This document shows, one piece after another, positions 46,958 to 55,343 of a stretch of 64,000 bases of DNA. A program made the position numbers and the translations under genes. Positions within the stretch are counted from its first letter, which is position 1; each line of letters opens with the position of its first letter. This DNA comes from Flavobacteriales bacterium. GTDB lineage: Bacteria > Bacteroidota > Bacteroidia > Flavobacteriales_F > PHOS-HE28. The DNA lies in NCBI GenBank assembly GCA_046329105.1, contig JAXLVH010000001.1, positions 614,686-678,685 on the forward strand, in the 5' to 3' direction. The notes under the pieces were generated by a model. That model ran no database searches. It was not told where the DNA came from and saw only the letters and a list, made by a program, of their open reading frames with translations.

Positions 46958-47914
46958 ATGACTTCCACAGCAACCCCGAACAAGGTGAAGGTTGCCCCCC
47001 ATGGCGACCGCGCCATCCTGATCACCCGCAGTTTCAACGCGCCGCGCGAACTGGTCTTCGATGCGTTGAGCAAACCGCCCATGGTGAAGAAGTGGCTGAA
47101 CGGGCCACCGGGCTGGTCCATGACCACCTGCATGATCGACCTCCGCGTTGGCGGCAAGTTCCGCTACGCATGGCGAAACCAGGCCGGCCATGGCATGGGC
47201 TTGAGCGGTGTGTACAAAGAGGTGGTGCGCCCGGAGCGCATCGTGAACACGGAGGTCTTCGAGCCTGCGTGGTATCCGGGCGAGGCGTTGTCGACCACGG
47301 TGCTCACCGAGAAGAAAGGCACCACCTTGATGACGATCACGGCGCGGTACGACTCGTGGAAGACCCGCGACGAGGTGCTCGCATCGCCGATGGAAGGCGG
47401 ACTGGAGTTCAGTTACCAGGAGTTGGATGCGCTCCTGGCCAAGAAGATCGCGTCAGGCTCCAAGACGTCTTCGTCCCGCACCGGCAGGAAGGCCAAGCCA
47501 GGGAACGCTTTGTTCTCCGGCGTCTCCGAGCCGGAGCTGGTGGATGCGTACATGAAGACATTGAAGCATCCGCTCAAACCCGTTGCGGAACAGTTGCGCA
47601 AGGTGATCCTGGCCGCGGACAAGTCGATCGGCGAGGGCATCTACTGGAATGCGCCGTGCTTCTACTTCACCGGAAAGATGGAGCCCTTCGACCCGAAGAC
47701 CTACAAGCGCTACATCGTCGGCTTCAACTTCTTCAAGCAGGACACGCTACGCCTCATCTTCCTGCGCGGCGCAGATGTGGAGAAGCAGGGCGGCCTGCTC
47801 ACCGGCGACTATAAGGATGGTCGTCGGCTCGCGCTCTTCAGCAGCATGGCCGACGTGAAGAAGCATGAGAAGGAACTGAAGCGGATCGTGAAGCAACTCA
47901 TCAAGACCATGTAA
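46958..47914 (+). CDS. SRPBCC-DUF1801 fusion protein
   Basis: N-terminal I.ITRSFNAPRELVFDA..EVVRPERIV.TE; C-terminal LRKVIL....IGEGIYWNAPCF..RLIF.RGA..G.Y.DGRR. Confidence 0.85.
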   Translation: MTSTATPNKVKVAPHGDRAILITRSFNAPRELVFDALSKPPMVKKWLNGPPGWSMTTCMIDLRVGGKFRYAWRNQAGHGMGLSGVYKEVVRPERIVNTEVFEPAWYPGEALSTTVLTEKKGTTLMTITARYDSWKTRDEVLASPMEGGLEFSYQELDALLAKKIASGSKTSSSRTGRKAKPGNALFSGVSEPELVDAYMKTLKHPLKPVAEQLRKVILAADKSIGEGIYWNAPCFYFTGKMEPFDPKTYKRYIVGFNFFKQDTLRLIFLRGADVEKQGGLLTGDYKDGRRLALFSSMADVKKHEKELKRIVKQLIKTM

Positions 47915-47983
47915 GGGCGCGAGATCTCGCGCCCCAAACTCAGTAAGGGCGGGTGCTTCGACTTCGCTCAGCATTCCCGCCCC
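47911..47983. repeat. Second GTAAGGGCG doublet; second unit carries a 20-nt REP insert
   Basis: gtaagggcgcgagatctcgcgcccc (47911-47935); gtaagggcggg-[tgcttcgacttcgctcagca]-ttcccgcccc (47943-47983). Confidence 0.88.
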
Positions 47984-48002
47984 GACGACAACCATCGAAC
48001 CC

Positions 48003-48464
48003 ATGATCACCACACCCGAAGTCATTACCACCCATGAGACCACAACTGCCGTGATCCCGCTTTTGATCCCCTGCCAGGACATGGGCAAATACATGGACCC
48101 CGCGATCCAGGAAGTGATCAAGGCCATCACCGGCCAGGGCATCGCCATCACTGGGCCGATGTTCTCCTTCCATAAGCGACGCCCGAGCGACAGCTTCGAC
48201 TTCGAGATCGGATTTCCGGTATCGAAGGCGATCAAGGCGGAAGGGCGGGTGATCAACGGCAAGCTGCCGGCTGTGAAAGTCGTGCGCAGCGTGTACCAAG
48301 GGCCGTACGACAACCTGGGGCAGGCTTGGGGCGCGTTGCAGAAGTGGGTGCGTGAGCAAGGCTATGGCGAAACCGGCCGCTTCTGGGAGAGCTACCTGAA
48401 CAATCCCGATGAGGTGAAGGACCCGAAGGATTACTTGACGGAGTTGAACTGGATCATCGGCTGA
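48003..48464 (+). CDS. GyrI-like small-molecule binding domain protein
   Basis: GP.FS.H, FDFEIGFPV, LPA..V.R.VYQGPYDNL..AW..L..W, WESYL..P. Confidence 0.85.
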   Translation: MITTPEVITTHETTTAVIPLLIPCQDMGKYMDPAIQEVIKAITGQGIAITGPMFSFHKRRPSDSFDFEIGFPVSKAIKAEGRVINGKLPAVKVVRSVYQGPYDNLGQAWGALQKWVREQGYGETGRFWESYLNNPDEVKDPKDYLTELNWIIG

Positions 48465-48943
48465 TGGAAACGACCGCGGACATCTCGAAGCGTACCCTGG
48501 TGCTCACCCGCAGGCTCAACGCCCCGCGCGAGCTGGTCTTTGCCGCATGGACCGATCCCAAGCATTTGGTACGCTGGTGGGGCCCGAAGGATTTCACCCT
48601 GCCGCATTGCGAACAGGACTTCCGCGTGGGCGGTGCATACCGCTTCTGCATGCGCGCACCGGATTGCAGCGACCATTGGGTGCGCGGCGAGTACACGCAC
48701 ATCGACCCGCCGCGTCGGCTGGTCTTCACTTGGCTGCGCGAGGACAACGAGGGCGACATCTGGTGCGATACCGTGGTGTGCATCACGCTGAAGGAACAAG
48801 GCGGGGCCACCTTGCTCACCTTGGAGCAGACCACCTTCGCCACCGTGGCGCATTGCGAGGAACATGCCGTCGGTTGGGGCGAATGCCTGGACCGCCTCGT
48901 GCGTTTCACTGAGCAACACGGATCATCCACATCACCGCTATGA
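48464..48943 (+). CDS. SRPBCC/AHSA1-like protein 5
   Basis: LVLTR.LNAPRELVFAAWTDP.HL.RWWGP, DFRVGG.YR.CMR.PD, GW.ECLDRL. Confidence 0.9.
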   Translation: METTADISKRTLVLTRRLNAPRELVFAAWTDPKHLVRWWGPKDFTLPHCEQDFRVGGAYRFCMRAPDCSDHWVRGEYTHIDPPRRLVFTWLREDNEGDIWCDTVVCITLKEQGGATLLTLEQTTFATVAHCEEHAVGWGECLDRLVRFTEQHGSSTSPL

Positions 48944-49365
48944 CGATCCAGGACCAGATCGATCGGTACATCGGTGACCAAACCGGGCCGAAGCAAAGCG
49001 ACCTGCGCACACTTCACCAACTCACCATGAAGGTGATGCCAAAGTGCAAGCTGTGGTTCCTCGATGGCAAGGACGCCAAGGGCAAGGTGGTGTCCAATCC
49101 GAACATCGGTTATGGCACGCAGACCATGACCTACGCCGACGGAACAACCAAGGAATTCTACCGCATCGGGTTGAGCGCCAACACCATGGGGATCAGCGTG
49201 TACATCATGGGCCTTGCAGACAAGGAACATCTCGCCAACACCTACGGCAAACGACTTGGCAAGGCCAGCATCACCGGCTACTGCATCAAGTTCAAGAACC
49301 TGAAGGACATCAACGTGGGCGTGCTGGAAGAAGCGATCCGAGACAGGGCGCAACGACCGAAATAG
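48940..49365 (+). CDS. DUF1801 (YdhG-like) protein
   Basis: IDRYI, LWFLDGK...GKVVSNPNIGYG, IGLSAN..GISVY, LGKASITGYCIKFK. Confidence 0.8.
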   Translation: MTIQDQIDRYIGDQTGPKQSDLRTLHQLTMKVMPKCKLWFLDGKDAKGKVVSNPNIGYGTQTMTYADGTTKEFYRIGLSANTMGISVYIMGLADKEHLANTYGKRLGKASITGYCIKFKNLKDINVGVLEEAIRDRAQRPK

Positions 49366-49377
49366 GTCGTGGGTGAA

Positions 49378-49396
49378 TCACCACAGAGGCACAGAG
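49378..49396. repeat. Solitary CACAGAG-family arm
   Basis: tcaccacagaggcacagag identical to 46847-46865; no partner arm seen. Confidence 0.85.
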
Positions 49397-49456
49397 AACA
49401 CAGAGGAAAAGAAACTTCAGATCCGTACCGTCGACCCGCAACACCCCCCTTCCCAA

Positions 49457-49951
49457 ATGAGCAAGCTCCAACGCACCCAAGCCTGCCTGTGGTTCCCTGG
49501 CAACGCTGAAGAGGCCGTGGCCTTCTACATGGGCATCTTCCCGAATTCCAGGATCATCAGCAAGCCGGTCGTATCCGAGGAAGTATCCACGGCGAGCGGA
49601 CTGCCCGTGGGTTCGGTGCTCTGCATCGAGTTCGAGCTGGACGGCGAGCTGTTCCTGGCGCTTAACGGCGGTCCGCAGTTCAAGTTCACCGAAGCTGTTT
49701 CGCTCATGGTGCGCTGCAAGGACCAACAGGAGATCGACCACTACTGGAAAAAGCTCAGCGCGGGCGGGCCACCCGAAGCGCAGATCTGCGGCTGGCTCAA
49801 GGACAAGTACGGATTGAGCTGGCAGGTGGTCCCCGCCATGCTTACCGACATGATGCGCGACGCCAAGGGCTATGACCGCATGATGGTGGCGCTGATGGGC
49901 ATGAAGAAGCTGGTGATCGCGGAGCTGGAGAAGGCGTTCAAAGGCAAGTAG
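49457..49951 (+). CDS. VOC/PhnB-like protein (3-demethylubiquinone-9 3-methyltransferase-like annotation)
   Basis: CLWF...AEEA..FY..IF, ALNGGP.FKF.EAVS..V.C.DQ.EID.YW, CGWLKDKYGLSWQVVP, MKKL.IA.L. Confidence 0.9.
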   Translation: MSKLQRTQACLWFPGNAEEAVAFYMGIFPNSRIISKPVVSEEVSTASGLPVGSVLCIEFELDGELFLALNGGPQFKFTEAVSLMVRCKDQQEIDHYWKKLSAGGPPEAQICGWLKDKYGLSWQVVPAMLTDMMRDAKGYDRMMVALMGMKKLVIAELEKAFKGK

Positions 49952-49977
49952 AACAGCAGGCAACCAACGCTCAACCC

Positions 49978-50424
49978 ATGAAAGCCGCAAACACAACGGA
50001 CTACCTGGCCGCGCTGCCGATCGACCAGCGCAAGGCCTTGGAAATCCTGCGCAAGCATATCCTTGCCGCAGCCCCCGGCGCGGAAGAATACTTCGGCTAC
50101 GGCCTGCCCGCCTTCAAGTACAATGGACATCCGTTGGTGTACATCGGCGCGGCCAAGAACCACTGCGCGCTGTACGGCGCGGTGCCGCCCGGGTTCAAAG
50201 AGAAGCTGAAAGGCTTTATCGTGAGCAAAGGCACGATCCAGTTCATGCCGGAAAAACCCTTGCCCGCCGGGCTGGCAAAGGAGATCGTGAAGGCGAAATG
50301 CGCGGAGATCGAGGTGCGGTGGCCGGTGAGGGAGGTGAAGAAGGTGAAGGAAGTTAAGAAGGGGAAGAATGTGAAGGTGGTGAGGATGGTGCAGAAAGCG
50401 ACGAAGAACCCGGTGAAGGAGTGA
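49978..50424 (+). CDS. DUF1801 (YdhG-like) protein with low-complexity basic tail
   Basis: DYLAALP...R.ALE.LR..I, YGLPAFKY.G.PLVY, KGTIQF...KPLP. Confidence 0.82.
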   Translation: MKAANTTDYLAALPIDQRKALEILRKHILAAAPGAEEYFGYGLPAFKYNGHPLVYIGAAKNHCALYGAVPPGFKEKLKGFIVSKGTIQFMPEKPLPAGLAKEIVKAKCAEIEVRWPVREVKKVKEVKKGKNVKVVRMVQKATKNPVKE

Positions 50425-50936
50425 TGAGGTCCGGACCGCCGATATGGAAACATGTGCGTGACGTGCTCATACTTCCCGTTACCGTTACCTGCGTGATCCC
50501 GTGGTTGATCCATGCAGGGTCGCCAGCATGGATGCCGACAGGTACCGTTGTGTCATGGTTGGCCGTGGTGCTCTTCTGTTCTGGCTTGCTGCTGTTCGCA
50601 ACCACGCTGGCAGCTTTCGTGAAGCGGGGCAACGGAACCCTGGCGCCCTGGACCCCCACACAACGACTGATCGTTTCCGGCCCCTACCGCTATTGCCGCA
50701 ACCCGATGATCACCGGGGTGCTGCTCATCCTGTGCGCCGAGGCACTTTGGCTGAGGTCAGGTTGGATCGCCGTGGAAGCCGTGATCTTCTTCGCCGTGAA
50801 CACCGTGTACTTTATCCTGGCTGAGGAACCAAGCATGGAACATAGATTCGGGCAGGACTACCGCGCGTACAAAGCAGATGTGCCGCGTTGGATCCCGCGC
50901 CTGAAGCCTTACTTCGCAAGTCCAGACATTCCATGA
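50424..50936 (+). CDS. Isoprenylcysteine carboxylmethyltransferase/PEMT-like membrane protein
   Basis: G.GTLAPW.PT..L.VSGPYRY.RNPM..G, EEP...RFG..Y..YK..VPRWIP. Confidence 0.85.
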   Translation: MRSGPPIWKHVRDVLILPVTVTCVIPWLIHAGSPAWMPTGTVVSWLAVVLFCSGLLLFATTLAAFVKRGNGTLAPWTPTQRLIVSGPYRYCRNPMITGVLLILCAEALWLRSGWIAVEAVIFFAVNTVYFILAEEPSMEHRFGQDYRAYKADVPRWIPRLKPYFASPDIP

Positions 50937-51292
50937 AAACCCAGGACTACGCCCGCGTCTTCGCCTACTCCTTCGCCTCCATCTACCCCATGTACGTGCA
51001 GAAAGTGGAGAAGAAGGGCCGCACCAAGGCTGAACTGGACCAAGTACTCTGCTGGCTCACCGGCTACGATACCAAGGGCCTGCAAAAGCAAATTGCCAGC
51101 AAGTGCGACCTGAAGACCTTCTTCGCCGCCGCGCCACGCATGCACCCGAATGCCACCCAGGTCACCGGCATGATCTGCGGGGTGTGCATCGAGGAGATCG
51201 AAAACCCGCTGATGCGCGACATCCGCCGCATGGACAAGCTGGTGGATGAACTGGCCAAGGGAAGGGCGATGGAAAAGATCCTGCGCGCTTGA
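50933..51292 (+). CDS. DUF2200 family protein
   Basis: FASIYP.YV.KVEKKGRTK.ELDQV..WLTGY, FFA.AP, ITG.ICG, R.MDKLVDELAKG; ATGA overlap. Confidence 0.9.
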   Translation: MKTQDYARVFAYSFASIYPMYVQKVEKKGRTKAELDQVLCWLTGYDTKGLQKQIASKCDLKTFFAAAPRMHPNATQVTGMICGVCIEEIENPLMRDIRRMDKLVDELAKGRAMEKILRA

Positions 51293-51301
51293 AGAAATGC
51301 A

Positions 51302-51414
51302 CACCACAGAGGCACAGAGCACACAGAGAACCGAGCAGCGCAGGACGGATCTTGCGTTGCTATATTGGTGTTGAAATCATAGTATTCCTCTGTGTGCTCT
51401 GTGCCTCTGTGGTG
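51302..51414. repeat. CACAGAG-family inverted repeat pair (27-bp arms)
   Basis: caccacagaggcacagagcacacagag (51302-51328) / ctctgtgtgctctgtgcctctgtggtg (51388-51414), perfect. Confidence 0.9.
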
Positions 51415-51426
51415 AACCGGAACTGA

Positions 51427-52011
51427 ATGAACCCCAACGACCCCTCCCAGCAACTCGTCCTTGCCTTCGAGACCGCCAAGGAATGGGACACCTGGCTGGC
51501 GAAGCACCACGCGACCTCCACGGGCGTGTACATCCGCGTGGGCAAGAAGGGCAGCGGCATCCGCTCCATCACCTGCCCCGAAGCCCTGGAAGTGGCCCTG
51601 TGCTACGGCTGGATCGATGCCATCCGGAAAAGCCATGATGCCAACACCTTTCTACAGCGCTATTGCCCGCGCGGCCCGCGCAGCATCTGGAGCGAGATCA
51701 ATAAGAAGAAGGTGCAGCAGCTCATCAAAGCCAGGCTGATGCTACCAGCGGGTCTCGCCGCCGTGAAGCGCGCAAAGGAAAATGGGCAATGGGACAAGGC
51801 TTATGCGCCGGCCAGCAGCATCACCGTGCCGCCGGACCTGGAAGCCGCGCTGAAGAAGAACAACAAGGCCCGCGACTTCTTCGCCACACTGAAAGGCAGC
51901 AACCGCTATGCATTTCTCCATCGCCTGCACACGGCCAAGAAGGCCGAAACGCGCGCGCGGAGGTTGGAGCAGTTCATCGGCATGTTGGAACGCGGCGAAA
52001 CGTTCTACTGA
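51427..52011 (+). CDS. YdeI/OmpD-associated (bacteriocin-protection-like) protein
   Basis: W..WL..HH, EALE.ALCYGWID, R...S.WS..NK, AGLAAV..AK..G.W..AY, AKKAETR.RR. Confidence 0.9.
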   Translation: MNPNDPSQQLVLAFETAKEWDTWLAKHHATSTGVYIRVGKKGSGIRSITCPEALEVALCYGWIDAIRKSHDANTFLQRYCPRGPRSIWSEINKKKVQQLIKARLMLPAGLAAVKRAKENGQWDKAYAPASSITVPPDLEAALKKNNKARDFFATLKGSNRYAFLHRLHTAKKAETRARRLEQFIGMLERGETFY

Positions 52012-52022
52012 ACAACAATGCC

Positions 52023-52457
52023 ATGAACGACCGTGAAGTACGCACCACCCGGATCATTGCCGCCCCATGCGAGCGGGTCTTTGCGGCATGGACCGATCCC
52101 GCACAGCTCGCGAGCTGGTGGGGACCGCAAGGCTTCACCAACACCTTCCACCGTTTCGAGCTGAAGCCGGAGGGTATGTGGGAGTTCACCATGCACGGCC
52201 CGAACGGCATGGACTTCCACAACACCTGCGTATTCAAGCGTATCGAACCGCCCGGCTACCTGGAGTTCGACCACTTGAAGGAAATGCACTTCTACAAGGC
52301 GATCGTGAACTTCACCGGAGTGGAAGGCGGCACGCGCGTCGATTGGATCATGCGCTTCAACACCATTGAGGAACTGGCGCCGATCCGCGGGTTCATTGAA
52401 AAGGCGAATGAAGAGAACCTCGATCGGATGGAACGGCAATTGACCAAGAAACCCTGA
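52023..52457 (+). CDS. SRPBCC/AHSA1-like protein 6
   Basis: R.I.AP.ERVF.AW.DP..LA.WWGP.GFTNTFH.F, MHGP.G.DF.N, ANEENLDR. Confidence 0.88.
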   Translation: MNDREVRTTRIIAAPCERVFAAWTDPAQLASWWGPQGFTNTFHRFELKPEGMWEFTMHGPNGMDFHNTCVFKRIEPPGYLEFDHLKEMHFYKAIVNFTGVEGGTRVDWIMRFNTIEELAPIRGFIEKANEENLDRMERQLTKKP

Positions 52458-52463
52458 AACCCC

Positions 52464-52988
52464 ATGCCTTACGTACTCCTGATCCTTGCCGTCCTCATCG
52501 TCGGCATCCTCATCGTGGCTTCCACGAAACCCAACACCGTCCACTACGAACGCAGTACAGTGATCAATGCTCCGCCGGAGAAGATCGTTCCGCACCTCGT
52601 CGATTTCCACAAATGGGAAGCCTGGAGCCCGTGGGAGAAGTTGGAGCCGGGCATGAAGCGGAGCTATTCTGGCGCGGCCAGCGGCGTGGGGGCTACCTAC
52701 GCCTGGGAAGGGAAAAAGAAGGCCGGTGCGGGCACCATGGAGATCTTGGAGACGGGCATCAGCGGCGTGAAGATCGACCTGCGCTTCATCAAGCCGTGGA
52801 AGGCTGAATGCATCGCGCAGTTCCATTTCACACCGCAGCCCAACGGCACAGACGTGCGCTGGTCGATGGACGGTCCCAACACCTTTATGGGCAAGATCTT
52901 CGGCTTGTTCATGAACATGGACAAGCTGGTGGGCAAGGATTTCGAGATCGGGCTGGCGGGGTTGAAGACGGTGGTGGAGAAGGATTGA
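52464..52988 (+). CDS. SRPBCC (polyketide cyclase/dehydrase-like) protein 7 with N-terminal membrane anchor
   Basis: Hydrophobic N-terminus; ERS..I.APPE, W..WSPW, GVGA.Y.W.G...G.G.M, G.DFE.GL..LK. Confidence 0.88.
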   Translation: MPYVLLILAVLIVGILIVASTKPNTVHYERSTVINAPPEKIVPHLVDFHKWEAWSPWEKLEPGMKRSYSGAASGVGATYAWEGKKKAGAGTMEILETGISGVKIDLRFIKPWKAECIAQFHFTPQPNGTDVRWSMDGPNTFMGKIFGLFMNMDKLVGKDFEIGLAGLKTVVEKD

Positions 52989-53012
52989 TCGGCCTCCGGT
53001 ACCTTCGCGTTC

Positions 53013-53504
53013 ATGGAAACTCACAGCGCCCAACGCACACGCAACAACGTTTCCACCCCCGCCCTTGATGAACTCCGCATCACCCGCGTGTTCAACGCGC
53101 CGCGCAAGCTTGTGTGGCAGGCATGGACCACCCCGGCCATGCTCGTGCATTGGTTCGGCTGCGCGGCCTTCAGCACCATCGATGCCGAGGCCGATGTGTG
53201 CGAGGGCGGCCAATGGCGCGTGGTGATGCGCGCCCCGGACGGCACGGACTACCCGGCTTACGGCACCTACACCGCCGTGCGCCCCATCGATCACCTGGCC
53301 TTTACGCACCAGTGGGAGAAGCAGGTGGTAGAGGTGAATCCCGCGAACCACCGCACGCAGGTGACCGTGGACCTGTACGAAGAAGGTGCGAAGACGCGCA
53401 TGGAATTCCGGCAGACGGGGCTTGCTTCAGAAGACTCCCGCGACAGCCATATCGGCGGGTGGTGCGACAGTATGGACAAGCTGGCGGAGCAGTTCGCGGA
53501 TTGA
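53013..53504 (+). CDS. SRPBCC/AHSA1-like protein 8
   Basis: ELRITRVFNAPR.LVW.AWT.P, D...GG.WR.VMRAPDG, GW....DKL; TACCTTCG box at 53000-53007. Confidence 0.9.
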   Translation: METHSAQRTRNNVSTPALDELRITRVFNAPRKLVWQAWTTPAMLVHWFGCAAFSTIDAEADVCEGGQWRVVMRAPDGTDYPAYGTYTAVRPIDHLAFTHQWEKQVVEVNPANHRTQVTVDLYEEGAKTRMEFRQTGLASEDSRDSHIGGWCDSMDKLAEQFAD

Positions 53505-53597
53505 TCCTTGCAGATCCCGCCGGTGTTTCCCTGCACCTGGAATGCAAAATGCCTGCCCGGGCGGAAGCGCGGACAGGCATTGTTGCTTTCGGTCCGT

Positions 53598-54914
53598 TCA
53601 GCTCTTCACCACGCGCTGCACGCCCACGGGCTTGCCTCCTTTCAGCAGTGAAATATGGTACACGCCGGGTTCGAGACCGCCCAAGTGGATCGTTCGGTCC
53701 ATCGGCAGGCGGCCTTGGCCTACCGTAGCGCCCAAAGCATTGACCACGCGGTATTCGGTCCCGGCCGGATCAATGTTGAGCAGGCGGACCTGGTCACTGG
53801 CCGGATTCGGAGCAACGCTGAATTGGGCCAGGGATGAAAGGTCCTGGATCGAAGTGGTGCCCAGCTGCTTCCGGTAAACATCGGTGCCACTGAACTGGGC
53901 AAAGACATAGCCGTTGAGTTCCACGAAATTGTACACAGCGAAGGTGGCGTACGGATCCTCAGGCAACCCCACGGTGTCCTTGGCGAAGGTTTGCCCGCCA
54001 TCCATGCTCAGGAACAGATCAGGGCGCGTGCCCATGTGCTGGTTCTGGCAGGACAACCAGATCGTGTTGCCACGCGTGAACATCGCCCCCACGGCGTGGG
54101 AGAAGCCCCAGATCCCCGGCTCTTGGACGAGGTAGGGCGCGGTGTTGATCGAGGTCCAGCTGGTTCCTTGGTCGGTGGAGTACTTCACGAAGCGTTCCTG
54201 GGTGGTCACATCCGTCCCGCTCAAGTACCAACGCCCGTTGGTGGGGTCGCGATCCAGCAGACCGATGGCATGCCATTGCGGAATGCCGTTGCAGTCCGGT
54301 GTCGTCCAGGTATTGCCCAGGTCGGTGGTATAAGCGAAGCCGTGCGATTCCGTTCCGCCCCCGGCGGTGAACAACGTATCGCCGTGGCTGCTGAACGCAC
54401 CCGGATCATTTGCGGCCAGCCAGGGCACGTGCGTCCAAGAAGCGTCCGTCTCGTTCTTCACGTAGTAGGCATCGGCATTGTCCGCATCCAGGGCGAGCTT
54501 TCCATTGAACCCATGGAGCTGGTTCACGCCGGCCTTGTTCGTTTGCGGCCAAAGGACGTGCGGCGGCATGCCCACCGTGTCGGAATGCCAGGCACCACCG
54601 TCATTGTCGGTCCAATAGATGTCGCCGGTGCCACCGGACATGGTGCTGGCCACATACAGCCGACTGCCCGTGCTGGTGATCAGGTGGATGTTGCCCACCA
54701 CCCCTGTGGTGGGAATGGTCGTCCAATTATCCCCATTGTCCGTGCTCTTTACCAAGCCCAGTGTGGAATTGTGCGCATACAGCGCACCTTGGTGGAGCCC
54801 GAGCGCGGTCCACGGTTCATTGTAGGCGGTGGTGAGCCCGACCGGTTCCCAAGCCTGGCCTTTGGCAACACCCAGAGCCGCCAAAAACAACAATGGAGTA
54901 ATGAACTTTTTCAT
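53598..54914 (-). CDS. T9SS CTD protein with BNR/Asp-box beta-propeller
   Basis: Signal MKKFITPLLFLAALGVAKG/Q; Asp-boxes STDNGDNW, TTDLGNTW, STDQGTSW, SMDGGQTF; CTD VAPNPASD..LEPGVYHI. Confidence 0.87.
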   Translation of the reverse strand: MKKFITPLLFLAALGVAKGQAWEPVGLTTAYNEPWTALGLHQGALYAHNSTLGLVKSTDNGDNWTTIPTTGVVGNIHLITSTGSRLYVASTMSGGTGDIYWTDNDGGAWHSDTVGMPPHVLWPQTNKAGVNQLHGFNGKLALDADNADAYYVKNETDASWTHVPWLAANDPGAFSSHGDTLFTAGGGTESHGFAYTTDLGNTWTTPDCNGIPQWHAIGLLDRDPTNGRWYLSGTDVTTQERFVKYSTDQGTSWTSINTAPYLVQEPGIWGFSHAVGAMFTRGNTIWLSCQNQHMGTRPDLFLSMDGGQTFAKDTVGLPEDPYATFAVYNFVELNGYVFAQFSGTDVYRKQLGTTSIQDLSSLAQFSVAPNPASDQVRLLNIDPAGTEYRVVNALGATVGQGRLPMDRTIHLGGLEPGVYHISLLKGGKPVGVQRVVKS

Positions 54915-55343
54915 GCTGTTCGGTTAATGCGGCGATTATACGCGGGCCAGAGGCCCGGAGTTATACGGTATGCACCGAAATTATCCGGGAAGGGGTCTGC
55001 GACCTGAACGGATCATGTCCGTGCATTCTGTCCCATCCATCGCCGCAGGTCCGCACAAAAGTGTGCTTCCGGGAAGGGACGTGCCCGCGTGATGGAACTG
55101 TTGCGTCTGCGCCAAGGGATGGCGACCGGTCATGGTATTTACTGATGCGGTGACGAAGATCCAGTTCCTCCGCTCGCGGATGCTGGTTGGTGAAGAAGAA
55201 TGGAAGCGAGGAGGAGCGCGGCATCCTCACGTCCTCTCTTCTTCACCCGTGACCTGGATCGACCGCTTCTTGGCCACCGTCTCAGTTGCGGATTTCCTTA
55301 GATGCCGGCGCTGGCGTACGCCTCCGTTCTTCGGTTCAGCAGA

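Noticed and set aside
49373-49456. N-terminal extension MNHHRGTENTEEKK of the VOC protein
   Set aside because: It is the translation of the CACAGAG repeat arm; the true start is 49457.
46331-51414. Integron cassette array with attC sites
   Set aside because: I found no RYYYAAC..GTTRRRY box pairs around the hairpins and no tyrosine recombinase in the window; the repeats are REP-like.
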